This document shows positions 37,430 to 50,011 of a DNA stretch of 64,000 nt, piece after piece. The position numbers were made by a program, and so were the translations under genes. The notes under the pieces are model-generated. The model worked only from the letters and a program-made list of their open reading frames with translations. It made no database searches and had not been told where the DNA came from. Source of the DNA: Naegleria gruberi (taxonomy: Eukaryota); NCBI GenBank assembly GCA_000004985.1, contig GG738891.1; one strand, given 5' to 3'. The stretch's first letter is position 1. Each line of letters starts with the position of its first letter.

Positions 37430-37774
37430 ATGCAAACTCAACTATTGGAAACCTTGGAAAGCAACATTTCACACGAGCAAACCATCATACAAAGAACACA
37501 ATCCTATCAAATTATTGGCTTTCTCGGATTTACATGTGCAATCTCTCTCTTCAAGTTTGGAAGAAACAAAAAATTAACAACACCACTAGCAGCTGTCTTG
37601 TTCCCTTCCTCTTGTTATCTATTTGGATATAATACAGTTTTGAGAAGGAAAACAAATAGAAAATTGGAAAAGTATTCGGAAATTTATGAAAATGTGAAAA
37701 ATTCTTCTGAAATGAGTAAACAAGAAGGAAAACAAATTTTGGAATTAATGAAATCTATTCGAATTTCCAAATAA
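37430..37774 (+). CDS. Small hypothetical protein of 114 aa with one or two predicted TM segments.
   Basis: aaaaaaATGcaa start context. Hydrophobic stretches IIGFLGFTCAISLF and AAVLFPSSCYLFGY. No homology recognised. Confidence 0.3.
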   Translation: MQTQLLETLESNISHEQTIIQRTQSYQIIGFLGFTCAISLFKFGRNKKLTTPLAAVLFPSSCYLFGYNTVLRRKTNRKLEKYSEIYENVKNSSEMSKQEGKQILELMKSIRISK

Positions 37775-37822
37775 TTAATTCATTATTCAATGGAAGGTGT
37801 GAATTTCATACCTTGTTCAGAT

Positions 37823-38365
37823 TCACTTTTGGATTCGTCTACCCGTTCTAATTCTACTACGATCTTCCATCAAAATTACACAATGACCCATTTCTACATG
37901 TTTTTTCAATTGATATTCCTCATGAACTTCATAGACATTCTCCTTACACACATTGCAATATCTGTAACCATTTAGACTATCACTCATTGAATCAATTTTT
38001 AGTGGACATTCGTATTCCCATTCACAATTTTCTATAAATTCACGTTTGTAATCTATTGGGGAATACAATGTTTTGGACTTGGATAATGGCAACGAGTTTG
38101 GAGAATGAATTTGTAAATGGATGATTCGTCTACGGAGAATGTGCATCCAATTTTTCACATTTAGAGTTTTGGAATAATTGGAAAAGTAGAATAGAACTAG
38201 GGGTTTCCAAATGATTGTTTGAGTTGGTTGAAATGTTTCATCATTTTCATTGTAAACATCTTTGATGGAAACTATTCTTGAAGACATGTTCATCTCTTCA
38301 AGTGGTGAAATATCATCAATTGCATCATTGGCACGAACTTTGGAGAAGAATCGAAATAGTGGCAT
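37823..38365 (-). CDS. Hypothetical 180-aa protein with a C-terminal Cys/His cluster (CNVCKENVYEVHEEYQLKKHVEMGHC).
   Basis: ORF from the track only. Confidence 0.25.
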   Translation of the reverse strand: MPLFRFFSKVRANDAIDDISPLEEMNMSSRIVSIKDVYNENDETFQPTQTIIWKPLVLFYFSNYSKTLNVKNWMHILRRRIIHLQIHSPNSLPLSKSKTLYSPIDYKREFIENCEWEYECPLKIDSMSDSLNGYRYCNVCKENVYEVHEEYQLKKHVEMGHCVILMEDRSRIRTGRRIQK

Positions 38366-38768
38366 TTTTTTATTAGAGGTGTTTCATATGATTGTCGATG
38401 CCGTTTCTATTGTGAAATTCCACACTTTTTATTTTACAGGAATAGTTTTGAATTTTCATTTACAAGTTAGTTTGGATTCCACCAAAAGGAAAACTACAGA
38501 AATTGTTATAGAGGTCAAGAATCAAACCAGGAGTACCAGGAGTGAAAATTGCTTCAACCGTGTCATTGATTGTCCGCCCTCTGTGTGAAACCTCATCCAA
38601 ACAAACATCAGCATCCTCAAATAATAAATGCTCATGCACATTACATGAAAATGCATCCGCACGCTTTATGCACTATTTCTACTCTCAATAAAACGTTTCA
38701 ACTCTCTTCCGAAAATCAACAGAATAACAACAATAAGAAAAAAACAATTTAATAATATTAAAGAGAAA

Positions 38769-39380
38769 ATGGTCGTTGAAATTGCTTACTTTGCTGGTCC
38801 TGGTCGTGCCGAAGTTTTAAAGTTAATTGCTGAAGTTGGTCAAGTTGAATACACCTTCAAGGGTATTCCTCGTGAAGAATGGCCAAATCACAAGGTAACC
38901 TGTAGATATGGACAACTTCCTTACCTGAAGATTAATGATGAAACAACCTTGTATCAAACCATTGCTATTGCTAGATATTTGGCTCAAGAAGGTGGTCTCT
39001 ATCCAACTGACCGTCTCGAAGCCAGTGCCAGTGAAGAATATGTTGCTGCCATTGATGATATCATTGCTGGTTTTGTTAGAATTTTCTTCAGAACCCCAGA
39101 AGAAAAGAGAGAAGAAGAATTGAAAGCCTTTTCCGAAGGTATTTTGAAGACTACTTTGGTTGCTTTTGAAAAGGTTTTGGAAAAGAATGAAGGAAACTTG
39201 GTTAAGGGAAAGCTTACTTGGGCTGATTTGGTATTGTATGATATTGTCGTTAATATTCAATCTAAGGGAGCTGATATTTCCTATGCTCAAAATGTTCTCA
39301 AATTGAAGGAAACTGTCGCTGCTCACGAGAGAGTTAAGGCATTCTTGGAATCTGATAGAAATTTGAGAAAGCAACAATAA
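38769..39380 (+). CDS. Glutathione S-transferase (sigma/alpha-like class).
   Basis: N-terminal thioredoxin-like GST motifs: YFAGPGRAEVLKLIAEVGQVEY...GQLPYLKINDETTLYQTIAIARYLA. C-terminal helical domain. Codon usage is biased to GGT/GCT/GTT, suggesting high expression. Start context agagaaaATGg. Confidence 0.85.
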   Translation: MVVEIAYFAGPGRAEVLKLIAEVGQVEYTFKGIPREEWPNHKVTCRYGQLPYLKINDETTLYQTIAIARYLAQEGGLYPTDRLEASASEEYVAAIDDIIAGFVRIFFRTPEEKREEELKAFSEGILKTTLVAFEKVLEKNEGNLVKGKLTWADLVLYDIVVNIQSKGADISYAQNVLKLKETVAAHERVKAFLESDRNLRKQQ

Positions 39381-39655
39381 ATTGTTTACATAACTATTAA
39401 TAATATAATTGATTGATTCAATAATTATCTATTTTTAATGCATTATTGTTCACCATAATGATGATGAGATATCTATCGTTCTTGTCCTTAATAATCACCG
39501 TAATCCAAAAAGAATTGAATTAGAGTTAGGTGCACCTCAAAAATCCTACAATTACCGCTGCTCCTCAATACTCCTCGATACTCCTTATCTTGTTGCTTAT
39601 CTTCTCTGAACAATAATAACATTTCATTTATTAAAAAACAACAAACAACAATAGT

Positions 39656-39830
39656 ATGGATCCATCCAATTTACTGGAAGAAGAGACAACACCAACTCAG
39701 AGAAGGAAATCGGCTGTCGAAACTTCATCCCTCAAAAAGTCAACCATTTCAGCTCTAGTACTAATCGTTACTGGAGTTGCTTGCTTGGTTATCGCCATTG
39801 GCTTTTTATTGGTCAATTACTTGTTGGATG
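39656..39830 (+). CDS. Two-TM membrane protein, exon 1.
   Basis: ATG at 39656. TM segment ISALVLIVTGVACLVIAIGFLLVNYLL. A GTAAGT donor at 39831 ends the exon in phase 1. Confidence 0.45.
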
Positions 39831-40085
39831 GTAAGTCACTCCATCCTTATAGGGTTTTCTAATTAATAACTATATATTGTGCTAATTCTTCATCTCTATT
39901 AAGATAAGAGAAAATATCAACTTTCAACTTGGACAAAATATAATGATAAAAACATTATGAATCATGTCATGGAATTGTTAGGAGTTTAAATTATCATTTC
40001 CAAAAAATTGAACTCTCTCCAAATAGAAATCTATGGAAGCCAATTGTTAGAGAACTTTTATATCAACTCAAAACTGCTCCTTTAG

Positions 40086-40870
40086 CCGTCCACAAGATTA
40101 GTTTTGCCTCAAAGGACGATTATTACCTTGCATTAGAATGGAATTTTGTTACCAACAAATACTCACTTGAATATTATCAAAACGGTCAATTATTCACCTC
40201 AGTTGATGTTGATTTGGAAGGAAATTATGTCTTGCCAGAAAAGGGTGCATTTACTCCTTCCTCACTGAATGATTTGGTATTTTGGAATTCTTACACACAA
40301 GCACCAAATTCCCAAAAGTGGAACTTTAAAGCCAACGAAGAATATTTGGACGTAACTGCCAGCACTGGTTTCTATGCAGAAAATGGAAGATTGAATTACT
40401 TGATTACTGTCACTTATTACTCCAAAGGCTTTTCCAAAGTCATTAATGTACCACAAACACTTAATTCTAAATACTATTTGATAACTCCAGATTTGAATAT
40501 GATTGAGGCGTATGATGAAAGTCCAATTGGCAAGAATAAGTTTGGAATTGGAAGAAAATCATTGCTTAACAGTGATAATACTGATGTTAGAGAATTGGGC
40601 AAGTATATGCTCTCATCTCAACATGTTGAAAAATGGTTCTACCAAAAGTTTACTGCAGATGACAGTGGCAGAGATTATTATGTAAAGGTGGAAACTTTGG
40701 ATAATTCATGGTGGTTGGTGCACACGATCGCTGTTGATGATTATGAATATGACCTTGTCAAGTATTTCACTGTAGTTGTCTTTTTGATATCAGTTGTTGC
40801 TGCCTTTGTGTTGATGTGTCTATTTGGAGTTCAATTTAATGTTTACAAGACTCATGTTGCAAAGAAATAA
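40086..40870 (+). CDS. Two-TM membrane protein, exon 2. The acceptor at 40084-40085 is preferred; an alternative lies at 40135-40136.
   Basis: An upstream in-frame TAA at 39947-39949 limits the exon. A phase-compatible AG is at 40084-40085. A C-terminal TM (YFTVVVFLISVVAAFVLMCLFGV) precedes the stop at 40868-40870. Confidence 0.4.
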
Positions 40871-41139
40871 ACATCTTTGTTTGTTTGGAAAGCTTCTCTA
40901 TTTCCAATCATTGCAAGATTCAATTCAAGAACCACCTTTGAAAACTGGAAATATTAAAAACAAGTTTAGTGACTAATATTAATTCTAATGACAATGTTTG
41001 GCAATGAATTGGCGTCAAGCTTTAGTGATAGAATTGTTAGTTTCCTGTTGTGTGCGAAAAGGTTAATGGGATTGAGTTACAGATTCAGTAATTTGTCAGC
41101 TCAAATATGATTTGAAAATTCTATTTTAATGGTCATGTT

Positions 41140-41698
41140 CTAATCCATTTTAATTGACAATTCTTTTTCCAATTCCTTTCCAAATTCAGAGTGAAATCTA
41201 TAAAAACTGTCGAGCATGTTGTGTTCACACACTTGTTGAATTTCATTGAAAATTGAAATTGAGATGATGCTTTCCAAATTGGTTCCGTTCATTGAATTGT
41301 AGATTTCTATAATTTCTGGAATACCATTTGTAGATCGAGCAATGTTCAATTCGAGAGGAGCTCCCAATATTACATAGGTCTTTACAATTGTTCTGAATAA
41401 TTCGACTCGTTTCTTATTCGATTTGATCATTTTGAATTGTTCAATGGCATTCCACATCATGACATCTTCAGGACAATAACTCTTTTCATTGAATAAAAGG
41501 AATTTTGAATTCCACTTTTTAGAGGTCAAACATTTCTTGATGTGATTCGAAGAGTTTCCTCCAGAACTTTGAGAATCTCTTGGTTTTGAAGAGGAGGTAC
41601 TTCTTTGATAGATAAAAACTGGAAGGAAATGAGCTACAAATGTATCCCATATACATCCAAATACAATAAACATTTGCCATGGAAAGAAATAGTCAACT
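41140..41698 (-). CDS. 7TM-RGS protein, copy A, exon 2 (TM7 plus RGS domain).
   Basis: A 48-nt intron (41699-41746) with acceptor AG restores the codon TT+A=Leu and continues VDYFFPWQMFIVFGCIWDTFVAHFLPVFIY (TM7). The RGS box follows: KWNSKFLLFNEKSYCPEDVMMWNAIEQF...ILGAPLELNIARSTNG...EHNMLDSFYRFHSEF. Compare the RGS consensus AP.EVNID and DSY.RFL.S. Confidence 0.6.
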
Positions 41699-41746
41699 CT
41701 TTACAATAAATGTTAACTATTTAAAAACTACTAAAAGGTAACTTAC

Positions 41747-42927
41747 AAAGTATTAATATCAGTAAAGAATGAAGGTATGGCATACAATAAACTTGATAAC
41801 AACCATCCTACACAAATTAAAAACAGCTCCAACTTAATTTTCCACACATCATTCTTCATAAACAGAGCTAGCACAAATAATCCAAAAATAATCAACACAT
41901 AAACTCCAAAATGAATTGCCATAATCACCAAATCAAGTGTTCCATTTCCACATCCTTCCACCGAAAGTAAATGAGTGCCCCGAACGAACGAAGATACTGA
42001 GCTATTCAATCTATCTGTTTCAGCAATAATGGCATTGTAATAATCTGCAACTCCAACTGAAAAGTAAATTATCAAGTGAATTCCATAAACAACCAGGAAG
42101 AGTAATCCAATGAATTTGGAGCTTGTGAAAAATCGATAGATTCTCAATTTTTGTTTGTCAAATTTGGAAGAACTCAATCTTGATATTTCTTGGCTGTTTG
42201 TAGAATTTTTGGAGGTTTTTCTTTTAGGAATTTCTACTTGGATGTGTGAATCAGCATTGGTTTGTTTAGTTTCAAGCTGTGAATTAGAATCAGTAGTAGT
42301 TTCTTCTTGATTATTCACCAAAGCAAGTGAACTAAACGATTGTGAAATGGAAACTCCACTCAAACTCTGCAGCTCCACACTATTTCCATTATTTCCACTC
42401 GATCCTTCCACCATAAAACTACTTAGATCATTCAACTCCATGCTTTGGCTCAATAACTTTCGTTTTCCAATTTTCACTTTCAATTGATTCATCCAAGTCA
42501 AGGCAATCAATCGAACACATCTCCCAATGATAATGGCAGCCAATCCAGGCACTGCCATCCAATAGGTGAAGGTAAATAGAAAGCACGGATAGGTCTTTCT
42601 GGAAATGACAACTCTCAACAGCTGAATTAATACGAAAGCATACGAAGTTAAAGTTCCCAGAACCATCAGAGCAGGATTTCTGGCAATGGATATGTAGTTA
42701 ACCTCCTTGTTGCCTATTCTGTTGGTTTTTAGTTTCCATTGTTTGTAGAAGAGGCCAATTAGACAGGCAATTACCATCACTGTGTAGAACCCAAGAAATA
42801 AACCAGCCGAAACTCGACTTGTGGGATAATCATCACATAATCCTCGATAACTCGTGTAGCCCATTTCAAGGAGAATAGGATGACATGCGGCTGATGTATC
42901 ATTGATAGAAGAAATAGAATAGTTCAT
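41747..42927 (-). CDS. 7TM-RGS protein, copy A, exon 1 (TM1-TM6).
   Basis: Real ATG at 42927-42925. Six hydrophobic helices with a Ser-rich loop between TM3 and TM4. GTAAGT donor at 41746-41741. Confidence 0.6.
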
Positions 42928-43152
42928 GATAGAACCTGTGTGAATTTTTTTTCAAGTTTCGGATAATCAAATCATGGATGATTAACGTTAACAAAGACAG
43001 CAAGGGCTTCCGTAAGAGGCAAGGGCTATTAAGTTCCAATTCCAGAAATTGTAAAAAGTGAAATATTTACCATTAATATTTTTACTTTCAAAATTAAAAT
43101 ATTAATTTCCGTTTCTTCTGATTATTATATGTATTAAGAATCGTTTGAGTCT

Positions 43153-43720
43153 CTATATATCTTCAAATTTAATTCCCAATTCTTGTTCCAATTCCTTTCT
43201 AAATTCAGAGTGAAATCTCAGAAAACTATCAACCATGTTGTGTTCGCAAACCTGCTGAATTTCATTGAAAATTGAAATGGAAATTGAGATGCTTTCCAAA
43301 TTGGTTTCGTTAATCGAGTTGCAGAGTTCTATAATTTCTGGAATACCATTTGTAGATCGAGCAATGTTCAATTCGAGAGGAGCTCCAATCAAAATGTAGG
43401 TTCTCACAATAGTTCTGAATAATTCGACTCGTTTCTTATTCGATTTGATCATTTTGAATTGTTCAATGGCATTCCACATCATGACATCTTCAGGACAATA
43501 ACTCTTTTCATTGAATAAAAGGAATTTTGAATTCCACTTTTTGGAAGTTAAACACTTCTTGATGTGATTTGAAGAGTTTCCTCCAGAACTTTGAGAATCT
43601 CTTGGTTTTGATGAATTTCTATTCCTCTGATAGACAAAAACTGGAAGGAAATGAGCTACAAATGTATCCCATATACATCCAAATATAAGGAATAATTGCC
43701 ATGGAAAGAAATAGTCAACT
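43153..43720 (-). CDS. 7TM-RGS protein, copy B, exon 2 (TM7 plus RGS).
   Basis: 76-nt intron (43721-43796). The exon is about 95% nucleotide-identical to copy A exon 2, intron included. Confidence 0.55.
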
Positions 43721-43796
43721 CTAATTCACAATTATTTGCAAATCAAATTTCAATTACAATATTTCTTCTTCCAATTTAATGGATGTAACTACTTAC

Positions 43797-45007
43797 AATG
43801 TAGTAATATCACTAAAGAATGAAGGAACAGCATAGGTAATTGTCGACAACAACCATCCCACACAAATCAATGACAATTCCCATTTGATTTTCCACACATC
43901 ATTCTTCATAAACAGAGCTACAATCACAAATCCCAACAAGAGTATCAAATAAGCTCCAAAATACGTGGCCATCACCACCAAATTATAAGTTCCATTTCCA
44001 CATCCCTGCTCTGATAACAAATGAGTTCCCACCACAAAGGACAACTTTTTGTTTTGTAACTTTTCCAATGAACCTGATTGGACATTGAAATAATCAGCAA
44101 CTCCAACTGAAAAGTAAATGATCAGATGGGTTCCATAGATCAGTGCAAATAGAATAGCAATGAATTTTGAGCTGGTAAAAAATCGATACATTCTCAATTT
44201 TTGCTTGTCGAATCTGGAAGATCCCAATCGAATAATTTCTTCACTATTTTCAGAGTTTCTCTTGTTGTTTGCTGTTTCATTATTTGATCTAGTCACTATA
44301 CTTTCGTCCTTCTTTTCTTTCTGTTCTGAACTACTTTCCACATTTGTTGCTGGGCCAAGATCTTGTTGATCTTCATTCATCAAGGCCCCAATCGAACTAA
44401 ACGATTGTGAAATGGAAACTCCACTCAAACTCTGCAGCTCCACATTACTTGCACTCATCAATTCTACTCGATTCTCATCCATCAATAAACTCCTACTCTC
44501 CGTATTCTCCAACATGAAACTCTGACTCAATAACTTTCGTTTTCCAATTTTCACTTTCAATTGATTCATCCAAGTCAAGGCAACCAATCGAACACATCTC
44601 CCAAGAATAATGGCAGCCAATCCAGGCACACCCATCCAATAAGTGAATGAAAACATGAAACAGGGAAATAATTTCCTCGAAATGACAACTCTCAACAATT
44701 GAACTAGTGTGAAAATGTACGAGGTGATAGTTCCCAAGACCATTAGTGTTGGATTTCTTGCGATGGATATGTAATTCACCTCTCTGTGTCCTATCCTATT
44801 AGTTTTTAATTTCCATTGTTTGTAGAATTGACCAATTAAACTGGCAATCACCAGAGCTGTGTACAATCCGAGTGTCAGAGCTGCCAAAACTCTACTCGTT
44901 GGATAGTCATCACATAATCCTCGATAGTTTGTGTAGCCCATGCGAAGGAGTGCTGGATGACACGCAGCCGAAGTGTCATTTATTGCATAAATTGATGTGT
45001 AGTTCAT
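43797..45007 (-). CDS. 7TM-RGS protein, copy B, exon 1.
   Basis: Paralog of copy A. The ATG at 45007-45005 (MNYTSIY) aligns with the copy A start. An upstream in-frame ATG at 45127 is also possible. GTAAGT donor at 43796. Confidence 0.55.
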
Positions 45008-46748
45008 TTTGGCTTTCAATTTTTTTTTGCATGAGACTTTCTGCCACTCGATGATTGTTGACAGTTTAAAGGTTTCTTGAAGAGGCAACAGGATACAAAT
45101 AGATGAAAGCCAAATCGCAAAGTTCATTCTGAATCAAAACTAAAACCACTGTCCATTCAAACCAAAAATCCATCTATTTCGAATAAAACAATTGTATAAA
45201 TATCAAGTTTCACCTTTCAATATTTTCTTCAATCCAGCGCACCACACTCTTTCCATTATTATTCACCCAAATACCACCACTACAGCTTCTAAGTCCAAAA
45301 AGTAATTTACAGTAAATTCACAAATATCTACAGTACATTTAACTACCCACCTCAATTCAGAATATGAAACATACGCACGTTATTATACTGTAGTAACCAC
45401 GTTGCTCTTATTTATATAATAGATTATCGCAGTGCAAATCAATATCAGATATTATCAAAACAATCATTATAATTAATACAGGCAATATATCGCTCTCAAA
45501 GTTCATTGACCATTAATTGATGATTGAGGTTGTCAAGTCGTTGTTGGCACCTCTGTGATTATTTACTGTGAATACTTTGTGTTACTTTTAAATTGTGTTA
45601 TAATTGAAAGTAGGAAGGAATTAAGGAATTAAGGATTCTTTCATCAGTTTGAATTTACAATGATGCTTTCGCTTAATCCAATCAAAAAGAAAATTGAAAT
45701 ATATGGGTAGTCGTCGGACCATTCACATGAATGTCAAAACACCAATTTCAAGTGTTACTGGTTGAACGGTTGCAACGAAACCTAGAAAAATTCGCCATAA
45801 TTAAAGATGTGGAAAATTTGGCTTTGAAAGTGTCGAGTTTCAATATATTAAAAAGGAAGAGATGTGGACACGGCACTGTATCCAAGATACAATGAATGTG
45901 CAAACCAAACTCGTGAATTTTTGATTGTTTTTTAAGTTTTCAAGGATAGAAAATTCTGAATACTTGTTAATCAATACATATTGAACAACATTAAGGACAT
46001 ACACTAGTCAGGTCTGAAAAGAGCTCAACAAGCCCAAAAGAAGATTATAAGGTCCCTGAAAGAGCTTACTCGCTTAATGAACTAATAAGGATAATGAGTG
46101 TTTCGGATACTCGAACTCAGGCAAGCTGTGCTTAACAGTTACTTTTTAGAGACGAGTAATATAAGAAGAACAAACTGCTTGTTACGATGGTTTAAAAAGT
46201 GAATATTGAAAACCAGTAATACAATTAGAAAGAATTACTTCTTCCCCATGAGAATAAGAATTAGAAGCAATCTCGATATTGATATTAACAACAAAATGAT
46301 GTAGGGACATAAAATGGTACATTGCCTGTTTAAGAACATCCTTATAGAATCCGCTTCACTGAAGAAAAAGTTGTCTAGATTAAGCTAGTAGATTCCCTTA
46401 ATCAAATATCTCAAAACACCCTCCCCATTTAATCTACATTCTCTACAAATAAAGAAATCGTTTAAGCACATTGATGAGAATCACAGCGCTTGCGCATAGC
46501 ACAATAAACACTTCATACACACGTGTGTGGAGGAAGAAAAGGTCGTGCCATTCTATCACAAATTCTTCCTCCATGTTGCTCCTCCACAAACATCTCACCA
46601 ACCAACAAAACCTTAAAAAAAGCATCAACAAACAACAGTTTTAGACTGCTAGTTCTGTTCAGAATTAAACAAGGGAAGAATCAGTTCAATATTCACAAAC
46701 CTTTTGGCAAACACTAGTATCACCAATACATACACACATTTTGAGAGT

Positions 46749-47921
46749 ATGGGATCCAATACTTCATCCACAGTTAATCAAACCTCGCAAAAAGTCAGAG
46801 ATGTCCTCCTCCATAGTCCTGTCAATAAGAAGAATAGAGTTACCAACTCTTCTGCTAGTGCTCAAATGAGTAGGTCCTCTCCAACACTCACATTGGAAGG
46901 AAGAGTGCTGAAACCATGTTTAAAGAAGAATACAAACTTGATACAGAATGCCTCACTTCCAGTCATTTCCTCTCCATCCAACAATAACAGAAAGGCACTC
47001 TATAAGAGTGTCAGTTCTGACAATTTCACCACCAATGATGAAACAATGACTGCACCAGCTGTTGATATTGAATGTGAATCGACATGTTCTTCATCCTCCT
47101 CTTCAAGCTCTGATGAGCAACAAGTTAAAACAGCATTGAACACTGTTGCCAATGCCCAACAGCTAAATATGAATCCAACAGATATTACCAAATCAGGTCC
47201 GCCCAATTCCTCAATTTCCTCTTCTCATGCCAATAGAAAACAGCTCCAATTAGCTCCAATTATTCTCTCGCCTTCAAATTCCTCATCTTCCTCCTCTCCT
47301 AGCCAAAGAGTTCAGTTTGCTGATACAAGACGTTCTGGATCATTCTCCTCACTCACCTATACAAATTATATGAATTCCATGGATTCAAAGTTGAGAAACT
47401 CTCCATCCTCTTCACCAGCCAATTCTCCAAGAAGATTTTCTAGTTCTTCAGCTCCTTCTAATTCTCCTCGTTCTGCAACTTCAACAAGCATCAGCAGTGG
47501 AAGAAAGAAGTTAACAATTAGTACTCCTTCTTCACCTTCAAGCTCTTCTTCATCTAACGGTTCTCCTACTCATCATGTGAGTAATGTAAAGTTTCAATCA
47601 ACATCCAATTCATCTTCTCCTTCAACACCATCCTCTAGACCAATGTCCCTTTTTGAAATGTATAACAACTGCAATAGTAATTCACCTAAATCTCCATCAA
47701 GAAGTGACTCTTTCAGAACACACAAGGATTTCAGTTCGAGCAAATCCGATTCAAAGAGCATGAAGAATCTTTATGCCTCAAGATTTGGTTCGATATTCAA
47801 TCCTTCTCTCAATACTGCTATTCAAATTCCATTGTTGAGTGTTACTCAGCCAGACGCTCCACCTTCCTATGTTTATTATCCAAAGACTAATAGATCAACT
47901 CAATACTTGGATGTTCGATAA
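46749..47921 (+). CDS. Ser/Thr/Pro-rich low-complexity protein of about 390 aa.
   Basis: The ATG at 46749 is in frame with the track ORF, whose own start is a TTG. Composition is dominated by S, T, N and P tracts (SSSSSSSDEQQ, SPSNSSSSSSPSQR). Confidence 0.4.
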   Translation: MGSNTSSTVNQTSQKVRDVLLHSPVNKKNRVTNSSASAQMSRSSPTLTLEGRVLKPCLKKNTNLIQNASLPVISSPSNNNRKALYKSVSSDNFTTNDETMTAPAVDIECESTCSSSSSSSSDEQQVKTALNTVANAQQLNMNPTDITKSGPPNSSISSSHANRKQLQLAPIILSPSNSSSSSSPSQRVQFADTRRSGSFSSLTYTNYMNSMDSKLRNSPSSSPANSPRRFSSSSAPSNSPRSATSTSISSGRKKLTISTPSSPSSSSSSNGSPTHHVSNVKFQSTSNSSSPSTPSSRPMSLFEMYNNCNSNSPKSPSRSDSFRTHKDFSSSKSDSKSMKNLYASRFGSIFNPSLNTAIQIPLLSVTQPDAPPSYVYYPKTNRSTQYLDVR

Positions 47922-48695
47922 ATTTAATGTATATAACATGGATATTAAACCCTATAGTTTCGAGATTTTTGAATAAATAATGAAATGCTTTATTGATAAT
48001 TGATATTGTTGTGTTTCTATGAGTAGCATTGTCTGATTGTATTGATGATATCAAAACCTTAATATTATTCAACGTGAATATTGAACAGAAATATTTCAGT
48101 TATTCTAGAATGCATTGCGAAATGACCAAATTCAAACCATTCATATCTATTAATTGACGATTCTCTTTGAAAACACTGTCCATGACTTAATATGAAGTGT
48201 ATTGTCTTTTTTAATGCCAAATTAATCGTATTGGGTCCAATACACTACAATTATTGCTGTATCTTATGGTTGTTCTAATATTCAAGGTCGCGAACAGTAC
48301 ATGGACTTTTGGATGAACAAATAAAAGAACTGCTCCACTTGTTTGGTGGAGAATCCCTCAAGATAATTCTCCACAACAACGTTCCAATAAATCCCAACAA
48401 TACTGTGTCCAAATCCACAAACAAGGATACATCTTCTCCTGTTTGGTCACACTACTTCCAAATTCTGTCCAACATCTCAATAAAGAGCAAATTATTCAAA
48501 TGTGCAAGAAGGTTTTCCACAACCAATTACGAACATGTTCTCAAATATAATGCTTCTTCTGTATTTGAATAATGTAATCCTAATAATTATCTTTGTTCTT
48601 AAATATGTCCAACAACCAATAGATTCTATAGCTAATCATCATTATCTTTGAATCCAATCAATTGATGCATAAAGAATCGTGATACCTCCTCAATT

Positions 48696-49195
48696 TCAAA
48701 AATAAAAGACAAATGGTTCTTCCACAATCTTTTGCTTCTTATCCCCAATTACAGAGGTTGCATTCATGTAAATTCTATCTGACTGCTCCTCATGGTAGTA
48801 ACCTCTCGAATCGTGATTGTGTCCAAAAATGTGAACTCTTAATTGTTTAAAATAGTCAGAATCCAACAAGGTAGTCAACTCTTCAGATCCTCTCGAAGTC
48901 ACACCATCATAGATAATATCCAGTGAATTCTTATTGGCTGGTGTGTGGGTCAGTAAAATGTCAATATCGTGTGGAATGAAGAATTTTGTCTTTTTTACAG
49001 AGTCCTTCTTGAGGGGTGGAAATTTCCATGCATCTCTGAATCTGCTTCCATAAATTTTAATATTGTGTCCATGGTTATCAGGAATGGATATGGTTTCGTC
49101 TAGAAGGAGATGAATTTGAGATTTTGTCTTTTTATCTCGAAAATGTTTTTTGAAATGTCTACCAACAACAATATCAGGAGCCCATTCATGATTAC
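48696..49195 (-). CDS. Metallophosphoesterase, exon 2.
   Basis: A 108-nt AT-rich intron (49196-49303). The splice creates ...KYILMIV-GNHEWAPD (GNHE motif). Downstream lies HIFGHNHDSRGYY (the GH.H motif). Confidence 0.7.
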
Positions 49196-49303
49196 CTATT
49201 TAATATTTAATAATTATTTAATAAATATTTAATAAATATGTAATTTTCATTACAAATAATATTTAAAATAACATTTAATATTAAAAAGAATCAATCTACA
49301 TAC

Positions 49304-49616
49304 CAACAATCATTAAAATATATTTAAATCTTCCATCGCAATTCTTTGTAATATATTCAAAGAAATTATTAACCTCCTCTGCAGTTCCTCTATTCGTAAA
49401 GTCTCCACAATGAATCAAGACATCACCATCAGGAATTTTCAATAATTCATGAAGATTGTGAGTATCGGAAATGACTACAAACTTTAACCTTCCTCCATTA
49501 TCATGATTATTTTCCTCATCATGATGATAATAATTATTTTCTCCTTCGTGATGATGATTCTTCTTTCTTGAAGGCACTTTAACAACTTTACCAACAACGT
49601 TAGCTTCCGATAGCAT
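49304..49616 (-). CDS. Metallophosphoesterase (calcineurin-like phosphoesterase), exon 1.
   Basis: ATG at 49616-49614. KFVVISDTHNLHELLKIPDGDVLIHCGDFTNRG are the MPP motifs I-II. A GTATGT donor ends the exon. Confidence 0.7.
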
Positions 49617-50011
49617 GTTTGTTTTTTTAGAATGTTAGTTCCAGAAAACTTCATTCTAATAATAAGTTTAAATTAATTACATCATCAATTATTATTATTA
49701 TTTATTGTGATGATATGTTATCATTCTTATTAAAAACCGTACTCCTCATCGTTTAAAAAAAAACATAAATATTGAAATATTTTTAAGGTCGCTGCCTTAG
49801 TTCATCTCCATCATCAATTCGATCGTTAGTTTGACGAGAATTGGATTGCTAACATCAATAGACCGCCATCAATATTGGTGTTAATTCTATTGTTGAATTT
49901 TTGAGGACGTTAGAAAATATAATAATCAGTTTGGGAGATTATTGTTATTCTATAGAGAGAATATTAAGTAGTTTTAAACGACGACCAAATAACAATATAT
50001 ATTGTATAACA

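Noticed and set aside
38823-39377. 184-aa ORF antisense to the GST gene.
   Set aside because: The + strand encodes an unambiguous GST with family motifs and codon bias. The antisense ORF is low-complexity.
41140-41673. Track ORF start MFIVFGC taken as a separate small RGS gene.
   Set aside because: The frame is open upstream to a splice acceptor, and the sequence is TM7 of the 7TM-RGS protein. Paralog B lacks this Met entirely.
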